A stretch of DNA of 64,000 nucleotides from Alphaproteobacteria bacterium. GTDB taxonomy: Bacteria; Pseudomonadota; Alphaproteobacteria; UBA828. The notes beneath the pieces were generated by a model. The model did not search any database, was not told where the DNA came from, and saw only the letters and a program-made list of their open reading frames with translations. The stretch is taken from assembly GCA_963422645.2 (NCBI GenBank), contig CAXXVO010000015.1:128001-192000 (forward strand). Reading direction: 5' to 3'. A program made the position numbers and the translations under genes. Positions 50,324 through 60,502 of the stretch are shown piece by piece; position 1 is the first letter of the stretch; each line of letters starts with the position of its first letter.

Positions 50324-51451
50324 ATGAAAAGCATTGAGGCCCATTTCAAGGTCGCGACGCCATGCTTCGTCGGATCAAGCAATAACAACGCCGAAGTTCG
50401 GGTTTCCTCGATCAAGGGTGCGCTGCGATTCTGGTGGCGCGCGCTCGCATGGGCGCAGTGTGCCGGCGAGGGTGGAGCCAGAGACACGGTCCGGCGCATA
50501 AGAGAACGAGAGCACGCATTGTTCGGCTCCAGCGACGCCGGGCAGAGCAAAGTCGCGATGCGGCTCGACATGAAGGCTATGCCCGAGATCGTGGAAAAGG
50601 GCAAGGTGCTGCCCGTCGGCCCCGGCGCACGCTACCTCGGCTACGGGGTAGCCTTCGGAAGCAAGAAAACAGGCACGAAACCGGGGCAGTTGATCCGCCC
50701 CTGTCTCGCGGCCCCGTTCCCGTTCTCCTTGCGAATTGCCGCACGGGACGCGCGGGCATTGTCTGACATCGCACCTGCACTGCGGCTTCTCGGTTTGGTC
50801 GGCGGTGTGGGGGCTAGGGCCCGCAAGGGCTACGGCAGCCTCGTTCTGACTTCTCTCGAAGGCGACGGTATCACCGGATGGCGGCCGCCCCGAGATATCG
50901 AGACATACTGCGGCCATCTGAGTTCGCTGTTGAAGGGCGTGGAGGCCATTGGCCGCGAGCCGGAGATCAGCGTGTTCTCGGCATGCGCGCGCGTCGATCT
51001 GATGTCCGAGAATGCCCGTACGCCCGCGGAAGTTCTCGACGAATACGGCAAGGCGATGGTGCGCTACCGAAGCTGGGGCCGAAACGGCAGGATTCTCGAC
51101 GGCGAGCCTTCCAAATGTCGTTTCCGCGAAGACCATGCCTGGATGAAAAGCGAACAAGCAGCCGACGATTTTCACCCGCGCCGCGCGGTGTTCGGGCTGC
51201 CGCACAACTACGGGAAAAACATAGACGTTAAGCCGGATCAGCACGACCGGCGCGCGAGCCCCCTCTTCTTTCATGTCCACGAAATCGGCGCTCGGTATGC
51301 GGGTATCGCGTTGTTGTTGCGATCACGCTTTCTGCCCGAAGGCGAGAAGATCAGGGCGCGCGGAAAGGCTGTTCCTGCCAAACCCGACTGGGGCGTGTTG
51401 ACGACGTTTCTGGATGAAAACCGGACACGCGGACTCTGGCCTGATGGCTGA
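50324..51451 (+). CDS. cmr1: Type III-B RAMP protein Cmr1
   Basis: SIKGALRFWWRAL, E..LFGS, GGVGARARKGYG, FGLPH, RRASPL. Confidence 0.92.
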   Translation: MKSIEAHFKVATPCFVGSSNNNAEVRVSSIKGALRFWWRALAWAQCAGEGGARDTVRRIREREHALFGSSDAGQSKVAMRLDMKAMPEIVEKGKVLPVGPGARYLGYGVAFGSKKTGTKPGQLIRPCLAAPFPFSLRIAARDARALSDIAPALRLLGLVGGVGARARKGYGSLVLTSLEGDGITGWRPPRDIETYCGHLSSLLKGVEAIGREPEISVFSACARVDLMSENARTPAEVLDEYGKAMVRYRSWGRNGRILDGEPSKCRFREDHAWMKSEQAADDFHPRRAVFGLPHNYGKNIDVKPDQHDRRASPLFFHVHEIGARYAGIALLLRSRFLPEGEKIRARGKAVPAKPDWGVLTTFLDENRTRGLWPDG

Positions 51452-53366
51452 CCGAATCCTGCACGTTTCGATCGGACCGGTGCAAGGCTTCGTCGCCCAG
51501 GCGCGGCGCACTCGGGACTTGTGGGCTGGGTCATTCCTGCTGTCGTGGTTGGCGGGACAGCTCATGGCAGCGGCGCTGCGCCGGGGCGGTCGGATTCTCT
51601 TACCCGTGGTCGGCACGGAGCGAGAACCGAGGGATTCGATGCTGGCCGCCGTTCTCGGGCAGCCGCTGTCCGGCGAACTGCCGCGTATCGGCAGCCTGCC
51701 TAACCGCTTCAAGGCGGCGGTCTCTGACGTCTTCGATCCCGAGGCGGTGGCGGACGAGGCACGGCGGAAGTGGCGCGATCTGGCCGAATGCGTATGGCGG
51801 CGCTTCGTCGCTGGCGAAGTTGGCCTCGGCCACGATACCCGCGCCATCTGGGACCGCCAGATCGATGGGTTTTGGGACATCCAGTGGGTGGCGGGCGCCG
51901 ACCCGGGCGACGGGAGCGACGCCGCCTGGCTTGACCGGCGCAAGAACTGGCGTACTCACTGGTCGCCCGAAGAAGACGGGGACCATTGCACGACGATGGG
52001 CGACCGACAGGAACTGTCGGGTTTCGTTCGCAGCCGCGAGCGGTCGGACCAGGACGCTTTCTGGCGCGCGTTGCGAACGCGGACGGGGCGGCTCGATCTT
52101 CGCGACGGCGAGCGTCTCTGCGCGATCGCGCTGGTCAAGCGCTTGTTCCCCCGGCTCGAACCGACGGAACTCGAGCAGACAATCGGCTGGAGGATCAGCA
52201 CGACGAACTGGCCCTCGACAGCCTATATGTCGGCGGTGCCTTGGCTCGCCCATGTCGCTGCCCATACTGAGCACCGTGCTAAATTGCAGGATTACGTCGA
52301 AACCGTCCGTAAAGCCGTTGGTCCGTCAACTTTCAGCAAGCTGAGCGGCGAACGCGCCGCGCGGCTGCCCAGGCTCGCCCCGCTCGGCGCCGCCGCGGAC
52401 TTGGACGGCAACCTGTTTCTCGAAGCTGCGCTGGCGAACCCTCGCGCGACACCATTGAGCGACGACGTACGCCTGCCCGGCGAAGCCGATGGGAAAGACG
52501 ACCCGGACGCGGCGCCTCGCGTGCGGTTGTCAAGCGCTTTGCACGAACTCAGCGAGACGGTCGGCGCCGCGCGGCCGTTCTATGCGCTGTTGCTGATGGA
52601 CGGTGACCGACTCGGCGAGTTGCTGCAAGAAAATGGCGAGGAACGGGTTTCCGAGGCGTTAGCAGAATTCGTTCGCCGCGTCCCCGACATCGTTCACGAT
52701 AACGACGGTATGACCGTCTATGCTGGAGGCGACGATGTCTTGGCGATGCTGCCCGTCGATCGAGCGATCGATTGCGCGACTGCATTGCGCCGTGTCTACG
52801 GCAAGGTGTTTGCGAGTCGGGCTTTCGTGGAAGGCGATAAGGAGGGCGTATCCGCTACCGCGTCGTGCGCCATTGTCTTCGCGCATTATCGCAATCCGCT
52901 ACGCGAAGTATTGGCGCTGGCTCACAGGGAACTCGACGAGACGGCCAAGGAAAGAAATGGGCGCGACTCCTTGACGCTCTCCGTCATGCTGCCCAGCGGC
53001 GTGAACCACTATTGGGTCGCACGTTTCGGAGGGGCGCCGGAGGCGCTTGAGGCGCTCTGGCGGAAGCGTCTTCCGGCGAGCTTCTTGTACAATTTGCGTC
53101 AACGCTACGATGTCCTGATCGGCGATCTCGACCCGGGCGACCGACGCGCCGTAGTTCTGGCCGAATACGTCAAGGGCGCACCACCGAATACCGAGGACGG
53201 ACATGCACGCGCCGAAGCCGCTGTGGACGGGCTGCTTGCCGCCTGCACCACGCTTCGCGGAGACGACGCGCCCGACGAGGTAGGGACGTTCCGTCTCGAT
53301 GGCGCATTCATCGCCCGCTTCCTAGCAGAATCCAGCGACTTCGAGCGCGCGGCGACGCCATCATGA
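51444..53366 (+). CDS. cas10: Cas10/Cmr2 without HD domain; cyclase GGDD intact
   Basis: SIGPVQGFV.QARRTRDLW.GS at the extreme N-terminus; LMDGD; VYAGGDDVL. Confidence 0.93.
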   Translation: MADRILHVSIGPVQGFVAQARRTRDLWAGSFLLSWLAGQLMAAALRRGGRILLPVVGTEREPRDSMLAAVLGQPLSGELPRIGSLPNRFKAAVSDVFDPEAVADEARRKWRDLAECVWRRFVAGEVGLGHDTRAIWDRQIDGFWDIQWVAGADPGDGSDAAWLDRRKNWRTHWSPEEDGDHCTTMGDRQELSGFVRSRERSDQDAFWRALRTRTGRLDLRDGERLCAIALVKRLFPRLEPTELEQTIGWRISTTNWPSTAYMSAVPWLAHVAAHTEHRAKLQDYVETVRKAVGPSTFSKLSGERAARLPRLAPLGAAADLDGNLFLEAALANPRATPLSDDVRLPGEADGKDDPDAAPRVRLSSALHELSETVGAARPFYALLLMDGDRLGELLQENGEERVSEALAEFVRRVPDIVHDNDGMTVYAGGDDVLAMLPVDRAIDCATALRRVYGKVFASRAFVEGDKEGVSATASCAIVFAHYRNPLREVLALAHRELDETAKERNGRDSLTLSVMLPSGVNHYWVARFGGAPEALEALWRKRLPASFLYNLRQRYDVLIGDLDPGDRRAVVLAEYVKGAPPNTEDGHARAEAAVDGLLAACTTLRGDDAPDEVGTFRLDGAFIARFLAESSDFERAATPS

Positions 53367-54469
53367 CCCTTGTTTGTTTCGAGCCCGTGGATACGCTTTT
53401 CTTCCGTGACGGGCGGCCGTACGAACAGGGAGAGGCGAGCCAGGCGGGAGTCGTGAGCGGATTTCCACCGTCGCCACCAACCCTCGTCGGAGCAGTCCGC
53501 GCCGCCCTGGCCCGATCCATGGGTTGGGCGCGCGGCAGCTGGAGCGCCGACATATGCGCGCGTCTGGGGGATGGCGGCGACCTCGGCCCGCTGCGGTTCC
53601 GGGGGCCGGTCGTGTCGCGAGACGGCGAAAGCCTGTTCCCCGCCCCGGCACACCTGATGGGCGGACCACGGCGCGAAGAATTCGACCCCGGATCGCTGAC
53701 CTTGCTGTCGCCCGGCGGCGGCTTGACCTGCGATCTCGGTCCGGATCTGGCGTTGCCGTCCGCCGCCGGCGCCGTGAAGTGCGTCAAGCCGCTACTCGAT
53801 CAAGGCTGGTGGATTACCGCGTCGGGACTCGCAGCGGTTCTGCAAGGTGACGTTCCCGCCTCCGGAGACTTGGTTCACCGCCGCGATTTGTGGAGGGAGG
53901 AGTCGAGGGTCGGCATCTTCCGTTCGGAAGGTACGCGCGTCACAGCCAAAGGTGCGCTGTATTCTCCGAGCCATATCCGCCTCGGGCGCCGGGTTGCGTT
54001 AGCGGTCGAAGCCTGCGGGCTGCCGCCGGATCACGCCGACGTCCTGGCCGGACGACCGCACCCCGTGGGGGGCGAAGCGCGCGCCTGCTGGATGCGCTGC
54101 GTTGAGGGGCGGCTGCCTCTTCCAGCGCCGCCCGATTTGCGAGCCGCGCCGGGGCCGCTTCTCTATACTGTGACCGTTCTGACGCCCGCCAATACGGAGG
54201 CGCCGCCGCACCCCGGAGAGCGCGAATATGCGGGGCTGCCCGGCCACATCGTAAGCGCCTGTTTACCCCGCCCGACCCTCGTTGGCGGTTGGGATTCGCA
54301 AGCGGGAAGACCGCTGGCGTTGCGCTCCCATCTGGCGTCTGGCAGCGTCCTTTTCCTGAAGACTCGACGAGACGACGTATCCCGGGTCGCGGCGCTGCAC
54401 GGTGCCGCCGTCGGCGCGCGCGCCGCTTGGGGCTTTGGGCTGGTTGCCATCGGTAAATGGAAGCGCTGA
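53363..54469 (+). CDS. cmr3: Cmr3
   Basis: PVDTLFFRDGRP, FPPSP.T..GA.R, GGE.R, GGWD, GSV, GFG. Confidence 0.9.
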   Translation: MTLVCFEPVDTLFFRDGRPYEQGEASQAGVVSGFPPSPPTLVGAVRAALARSMGWARGSWSADICARLGDGGDLGPLRFRGPVVSRDGESLFPAPAHLMGGPRREEFDPGSLTLLSPGGGLTCDLGPDLALPSAAGAVKCVKPLLDQGWWITASGLAAVLQGDVPASGDLVHRRDLWREESRVGIFRSEGTRVTAKGALYSPSHIRLGRRVALAVEACGLPPDHADVLAGRPHPVGGEARACWMRCVEGRLPLPAPPDLRAAPGPLLYTVTVLTPANTEAPPHPGEREYAGLPGHIVSACLPRPTLVGGWDSQAGRPLALRSHLASGSVLFLKTRRDDVSRVAALHGAAVGARAAWGFGLVAIGKWKR

Positions 54470-54495
54470 AACGACCGAACTCGGGAGCTGCCGCA

Positions 54496-55329
54496 ATGAA
54501 CCATGCGTTTCTCGGCCTTCTGGCCGAAACCTTTGTCCACCCCGGCACCGGCCAAAGCGGCGGCGCCATCGACCTGCCGGTCGCGCGCGAGGCGGCGACG
54601 GACTATCCGTTCATTCCCGGTTCCGGCTTGAAAGGTGCCTTGCGCGATGCTGTGGGGCAGGGCCTGGAACCGGAAGAACGGGACCGGATGTTCGGCAAAC
54701 CCGACCAGGCCGGCGCCTTGCTGGTCTCCGACGCGCGGTTGCTCCTGCTTCCGATCCGTAGTCTGACCGGTGCATACCGCTGGGCGACATGCCGCCATCT
54801 GCTGGAGCGGCTGGCGCGCGATCGACGACGCGTCGACCCCGCGAACGCTGCGGAAAGTTTGCCCGATGTCGAGCCATACAGCTACGTTGCCGTGTCGTCA
54901 GCGGAAGGCGGCGACAAGCTCTATCTTGAGGAACGCAGTTTCCGTGCCATGCCGTCGGCTGGCGCCGGTCTGGGCGGTTGGATCAATGTCATTGCCGACC
55001 TGATCGCCGACCCGATGGCGCGCGAGCGGCTAGCCAGTCAACTGGTGTTGTTGTGTGACGATGATTTCTGCTGGTTCGCCCGAAACGGCCTCGCCGTCCA
55101 GGCGCGCAACGTGCTCGACGAGCGCAAAAGGAGCGAGAATCTCTGGTACGAGGAAACCTTGCCGCCGGATACGTTGATGTACGCGCTCCTCGCGGAACGG
55201 GTGTCCGAGGCCGGCGGCATCAAGGCGGTCGGCGCGGCGTTCGAGCGCCGGCCCTACATCCAGGTCGGCGGCAACGAGACCGTCGGCCAAGGCTGGTTGC
55301 GTACGGCATGGCGGGAGATGAGCGGATGA
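54496..55329 (+). CDS. cmr4: Cmr4 (target RNase backbone)
   Basis: HPGTG....IDLPVARE (catalytic Asp present), PGSGLKG, LWYEE.LP, QVGGNETVG.G. Confidence 0.92.
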   Translation: MNHAFLGLLAETFVHPGTGQSGGAIDLPVAREAATDYPFIPGSGLKGALRDAVGQGLEPEERDRMFGKPDQAGALLVSDARLLLLPIRSLTGAYRWATCRHLLERLARDRRRVDPANAAESLPDVEPYSYVAVSSAEGGDKLYLEERSFRAMPSAGAGLGGWINVIADLIADPMARERLASQLVLLCDDDFCWFARNGLAVQARNVLDERKRSENLWYEETLPPDTLMYALLAERVSEAGGIKAVGAAFERRPYIQVGGNETVGQGWLRTAWREMSG

Positions 55330-55748
55330 CCGCCCGCAGCCTTGACCAGCGCCGCGCCGAGCACGCGCTGGGTCGAATCAGGAAACGGCAGGCGCACCCG
55401 AAGAAGTCCAACTACTTGGCCTATGCCAAGGCATTGCCGGCATCGATCCTGCAAAACGGGTTCGGGCAGGCAATGGCGACTCTGCGCGCGGCGGCGAAGT
55501 CAGGGGACGGCAACGACCCGCACCTTCTTCTGTATGAAGATGTCCGTGACTGGCTGTGCGGCGACGACGAGGATGCACCCTATCGAAACGAGCTGGATCT
55601 GCTCGAAGCAATTGTTTGCAGCGACCAACGGACCTATCTGCTTGCGCATGCTGAAGCGCAGAGTTATCTTGGCTGGCTGAAGAAGTTTGCCGCCGCTTGG
55701 CTTAGGCCGTCTCTGAAGCCGTCGTCGGAAGAAGACGACAATGGGTGA
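55326..55748 (+). CDS. cmr5: Cmr5 small subunit
   Basis: LDQRRA..A, LPA.IL.NG.GQA.A, WLKKFA. Confidence 0.9.
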   Translation: MTARSLDQRRAEHALGRIRKRQAHPKKSNYLAYAKALPASILQNGFGQAMATLRAAAKSGDGNDPHLLLYEDVRDWLCGDDEDAPYRNELDLLEAIVCSDQRTYLLAHAEAQSYLGWLKKFAAAWLRPSLKPSSEEDDNG

Positions 55749-56745
55749 ACGGCCGCTGTACCGGGGCGCCGATATCCGGTCTTTGCCGAAGGGCGGCAAT
55801 GCCGGGCTATGGTACGACAAGTTCTGCCATTCTTGGACGAGACTATCTGCGCGAGACGCGGACTTCGACAAGGCAAAGTGGGTCAGCGACGCCGCTGGGC
55901 GGTGCGGAAACGCGGACGAACTGCGGCACCGGGCGGAACGGCAACGGGAGCTGATCGAACGCCTGAACGGCCGCTGCCTCGATCTGCAAACGGCCGGCCC
56001 GTTCGTTGCGGGCCTTGGCCGCGCGCATCCGGTGGAGAACGGGTTTCTGTGGCATCACCGTCTCGGGGTTCCCTATCTGCCCGGCTCGTCGGTGAAGGGC
56101 GCGGTCAGCACCTGGGCCAAGCGGTGGAAAGCGGAGTGCGATGCCGATTGCTACCGTATTCTCGGGTCGGAAGAGCGGGTTGGCGACGTGATCTTCTTCG
56201 ATGCCTTGCCGACGAAGCCCGTGCAAACGAGAGTCGACGTGATGACTCCGCATTACGGCGAATATGACCGGGACGGCAAGCCGCCGGGAGATTGGATTTC
56301 GCCGGTCCCGATACCATTCCTCTCGGTCGCGGAGGGAGCCATGTTCCGTTTCGCCGTCGCGCCACGGCGGCAATCCTCGGAAGCATCGCGCGACACAGCG
56401 TGCCGATGGCTCGAAGACGCGTTGGAATGGCTGGGAGCAGGTGCCCGGACCGCCGTTGGCTACGGACGCTTCGGCAAGGCTCGCCCGACCCCACCGCGTG
56501 AAGTCAAGAAAGGAGACGAGGTCGAGGCGGTCTTGTTCAGGGATAAGAAAGATCGCTGGTGCGGGCGTACCGGAGACGGGCAGGAAGGCACAGTGTTCTC
56601 CAGCAGCTTGGCGCCGGACGACGCCACCGTCAACGAGATCAGAACCCTTTATGTACGCGTCGTGCGACCTCTTCAATTCCAGTGGAGTAAATCCGTGCCG
56701 AAATCGCCGCCCCGGCGGTCACCGGAAAAATTCCGTCGCCGTTGA
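55741..56745 (+). CDS. cmr6: Cmr6
   Basis: GLG..HPVENG, GVPYLPGSSVKG, FFDALP, DVMTPHY, GAGARTAVGYG. Confidence 0.92.
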   Translation: MGERPLYRGADIRSLPKGGNAGLWYDKFCHSWTRLSARDADFDKAKWVSDAAGRCGNADELRHRAERQRELIERLNGRCLDLQTAGPFVAGLGRAHPVENGFLWHHRLGVPYLPGSSVKGAVSTWAKRWKAECDADCYRILGSEERVGDVIFFDALPTKPVQTRVDVMTPHYGEYDRDGKPPGDWISPVPIPFLSVAEGAMFRFAVAPRRQSSEASRDTACRWLEDALEWLGAGARTAVGYGRFGKARPTPPREVKKGDEVEAVLFRDKKDRWCGRTGDGQEGTVFSSSLAPDDATVNEIRTLYVRVVRPLQFQWSKSVPKSPPRRSPEKFRRR

Positions 56746-57097
56746 TTTGTGACGGCGCGCCATGCCGCAACCGCAGCCCACACATAACCTGTTGATCGCG
56801 ACTGTCGGCGGCAAACCGGAACCCTTGGTCGCCTCGATCGCGCACTGGCGGCCCGACCGGGTTCTGTTTGTGCCTTCGAGCGATACTGCCGACCAGATCG
56901 CCAGTATCCGGCACCTGCTAAACAAGCAGGGGCGCAATCTGTCCGAAGGTGCATACGACACGGTTCCGCTATCGGACCCTCAAGACTTCTTGCAATGCGT
57001 GCAGGAAATGCGCTCCGAATTGGAGTCGTGTGTCCTCCAATGGCGCGGGCGCGGCGAGGGATATGATTGCATAGTGGATTTCACCGGCGGCACAAAA

Positions 57098-58865
57098 CAG
57101 TCATGGTCCCCGCGGTTCTGAGCCACCCCGTGGCATGAAACAGGAGCGGTTCGGCTGACGTTTTCCTTGCGCTTGCACCCATTTGCCGTGTCAGGATGGG
57201 TATTGGCGGAGGTGGGGACGTGTGAGCGTCGTTATATCGGTGACGTAGTTCCCGATGACAAAACTGCTTCCGGCGGCCGGCTCCGCACCCCGTATTGTAC
57301 CCGGCCCGTGGCCGTGGACGCGCGGCAAATTGCACCGCACCCGCTCGTCGGATGCGTGTTCTTCCGACCGCTGTCCCCGCCTCCACCGTGGCGATGCCAC
57401 GGCGTGATCGTACGCCGCCGTGGCGAGAGCGCAAATGAGGAGGAAGGCGATGAAGACGGAAGGCTTGCACGTCGTCCGGCCGCGCGCGGCGGGTCTGGAC
57501 GTGCACAAGATGGAGATCACCGCGACGGTTCGCCTCTGTGAGGGCGAGGGTGAGCCGGTGGTGGAGACGCGCTGCTTCGGCACGCTGCCGAGCGGTCTGG
57601 AGGAGATGGTCGCGTGGCTGACCGGTCACGGCGTCGAGGCTGCGGTGATGGAAGGGACCGGGGTCTACTGGCAGGCGCCCTTCGCGGCCCTGGAGGCGGC
57701 CGGGCTCGAGGCGATCCTGGTGCATGCGCGTCAGGTGAAGCAGTTGAAGGGGCGCAAGACCGACGTGGCGGACAGCGTGTGGCTGGCCTGCGTGTGCCAG
57801 TTCGGGCTCTGCACGCCTTCCCACGTTCCGCCTGAGCCGTTCCGGGAGCTGCGCGCACTGAGCCGCCAGCGCCGCGTCCTGGTCAGGCAGCGCTCCGCCG
57901 TGCGCAACCGCGTGCAGAAGATCATCGACCGCGCCGGTGCGCGCATCGGCGGCATCCTCTCCGACGTCTTCGGCGTCAACGGCCGGAAGATCCTCGACGG
58001 CCTGGCGCAGGGGACGGCGCGCGAGGTCATCCTCGCCTCGCTCACCAGCCACGTTGCGAACAAGCTGGAGGGGCTCGGCGAGGCGCTCACCCTGAGCCTG
58101 GGCGACAACGACCGCTTCATGCTCAACGACCTGCTGGAGGAGCATGACGCGCTTGAGGCGCGCATCGCGTCCTACACCAGGAAGATCGACGGGCAGATGA
58201 CACCGTGGGAGGAGCAGCTCCGTCTGCTGACCACCATCCCCGGCATCGACCGCACCGCCGCCTCGACCATCCTCATCGAGATCGGCCCCGACATCGGCGT
58301 GTTCGCCTCCAAGGAGCACTTCGCCGCCTGGGCCGGGCTCTGCCCCGGCAACAACGAGAGCGGGGGCAAGCGCCGCAACGCACGCACCCGCATGGGCTCC
58401 AAGACCCTGCGCGCCTGCCTCGTCGAGTGTGCCCACGGCGCGGCCCGAACCAAGGGGTGCCAGTTCGAGGCTCATCACCGCGCCCTCGCCGCCCGGCGCG
58501 GCTACAAGCGCGCCATCGTCGCCGGCGCTCACAAGATGCTGCGCATCATCTATGTGGTGCTCAAGACCGGCAGGCCCTACTACGACCGCACGGCCGACTA
58601 CGACGCTCTGATGGTCAAGCGCAACGCTCCTCGGTGGATCCGCATGCTCCGCCGCTACGGCTACATCGAGCCCGTAGGCGCGGAACTCAAGGCCGCCTGA
58701 GCGGCCCGCATCTCGTCAGCCGGCTACGCGGGACCGCTTCGGACCACATCGGGGAAGTCCACCGCTCGTCTCCGCCGCGCCGACCCTGGCGGTCTCAGCC
58801 AACGCCGTGACCTCGGGGTTGGAGCGTCACCGCGCGTCCCTCGCCAGAATCTGTTTCACGGCAAA
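57098..58865 (+). mobile_element. IS110-family element
   Basis: Inserted at a shared AAA core with no long TSD; ~350-bp upstream and ~160-bp downstream non-coding ends. Confidence 0.88.
57450..58700 (+). CDS. IS110 DEDD recombinase
   Basis: GLDVHK, MEGTG.YW, KTD..D, TIPGI, WAGL.P...ESGG; AGGAGG RBS. Confidence 0.95.
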   Translation: MKTEGLHVVRPRAAGLDVHKMEITATVRLCEGEGEPVVETRCFGTLPSGLEEMVAWLTGHGVEAAVMEGTGVYWQAPFAALEAAGLEAILVHARQVKQLKGRKTDVADSVWLACVCQFGLCTPSHVPPEPFRELRALSRQRRVLVRQRSAVRNRVQKIIDRAGARIGGILSDVFGVNGRKILDGLAQGTAREVILASLTSHVANKLEGLGEALTLSLGDNDRFMLNDLLEEHDALEARIASYTRKIDGQMTPWEEQLRLLTTIPGIDRTAASTILIEIGPDIGVFASKEHFAAWAGLCPGNNESGGKRRNARTRMGSKTLRACLVECAHGAARTKGCQFEAHHRALAARRGYKRAIVAGAHKMLRIIYVVLKTGRPYYDRTADYDALMVKRNAPRWIRMLRRYGYIEPVGAELKAA

Positions 58866-60100
58866 TGCATGAGTGCCGCGCTCGCCTTGGTCGCCCGACC
58901 GTGGCTGAACTCCCGGTTCTCGTATGTCGGTGGTGCCGAACGCGACCGGAACAATGTCGGCATCGTGGTCTCCGGCAGCGAGCGGGTCGTACACGCAGCC
59001 AATCCGTGGGACGCGCTCGGTTATCAGGCGGTCGAGGATGCCGTGGCGGCATTTGACAGATACGCTTTCGGCGAAGGCGCTCAACTGCTTCGGGACGCCT
59101 TGAAGAGGATTTCGGATGACGGATCCCGCAAGAGCGAACTTAACGCTCTTGCCACGTTCATGGATGCTTACGATCTCTGGAGTCGGTCGGAGTACGGGAA
59201 GGCTTTTGAGAAATTTGAGCAGTGCGAAAAGCGCCTGAATGATCTGGCGGCCGCCCTCCACCCGAACCCCAGGAATCGACTGAAAGATCACATCAATGAG
59301 GCAAGAACCCGCTTGGAAGGCCTGAAGCGAGGTTTCGACCATCCGACGCGGGCATTGCTTGAAGACCTGATCTCCGATGCCAAACGGCGTCAGCAGGAAG
59401 GCCGTCACGTAGATGCCTTGGCCCGGCTCTACCGCGCGGTCGAGGCGACGGCCCAACTGCGCTTGTGGGAAAAGTACGAGATCCGCACTTCCAGCGTACC
59501 ATTGGAAAAGCTGCCGCAACCCATGCGCGAACGCTTGAAAGCTCAAGCTGAAGACGGGACAGTGAAGCTTGCACTGCAGGCTTCCTTCGAGTTGTTACGA
59601 TGTTGGCAGGATCCTTTGGGTGAACGCTTCGCAGAACTGGGCTGGCATGGTCGTGGTTCGCCGCTGATCCGGCGCAACGAGTCGATCGCGGGGCACGGTT
59701 TTGCACCCGTATCGCCGGAAACATCCGTCCAGCTGTGGGAAGGAGCGCTGTCGCTGGCGGAATTGGCCGATAAAGACGTCTTCCGGTTTCCACAGCTTGG
59801 TCGATGAGCGCGCTTCGCAATCGGCCTTACCAAGGGGCGCCTGCTCGCCGTCGCCGAGACCATGCGCAATCTGGCCAGGAAACCGGGGCGGGTTCTCGGC
59901 TTCCCGAAAATTACCGACGATGTTGCCCCGCGGCCAGCACCCGGCTGACTGCCCCCTCCGAGCCGCGTCCATCGCCAACCCTCGGCACGCAGGGAGCGAG
60001 CCCTTATGCTCAGATGAGGCCGTGCTCGGCACTCGCGTCCAAGGGGGACCCTCTGGGGCGGCACGATGCCGGCTAAATCCAGCGCACAGCCGCTGCAAGG

Positions 60101-60502
60101 ATGCCTACCGACGATGAGTGGGCGTTGATCGAACCCCACATGCCCGAGGTGCAATCTCTGGGCCGGCCGCGGACGACGGACTTGCGGGAGGTGGTGAACG
60201 CCATCCTGTATGTCCTGCGCTCGGGCTGCCCCTGGCGGTTGATGCCCAAGGATTTTCCGCCGCGTTCGACGGCGCTATTTCGCCGCGTGGCGGGACGAGG
60301 GGCTGTGGGCTGGGATCAACCACGCCTTGCTGACAGCGGCGAGGGAGGCGGAGGGTCGTGAGGCCGCTCCGTCCGCCGGCGTCATCGACAGCCAGTCGGT
60401 GAAGAGCACGGAAAGCGGTGGTCCACGGGGCTTTGACGCTGGCAAGAAGGTGAAGGGCCGCAAGCGCCATATCGTACCGACACCGGCGGCCTGCTGCTCG
60501 CC
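60101..60502 (+). pseudogene. IS5-family (IS1031-like) transposase fragment, frameshifted and cut by IS21
   Basis: TDDEW, GRPR, NAILY..RSGC.WR..P.DFPP, IDSQSVK, KVKGRKRHI. Confidence 0.85.

Larger units (their letters stand above)
56762..59807 (+). pseudogene. CRISPR-associated CARF-HEPN effector (TIGR02710-like, ~425 aa) interrupted by IS110
   Basis: TVGG.PEP; DFTGGTK/CMSAAL rejoins in frame; ARLYRAVE; HEPN-type RNESIAGHG. Confidence 0.88.

Noticed and set aside
46477-56745. CRISPR-associated transposon (CAST-like) interpretation
   Set aside because: No TnsB/TnsC/TniQ; Cmr4 and Cas10 catalytic motifs are intact; adjacency to integrases is adequately explained as cargo
59808-60100. Possible mini-array or extra cas gene after the CARF gene (ORF 59804-60076 overlaps its stop)
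   Set aside because: No direct repeats and no recognisable motif in the translation; may be a decayed remnant
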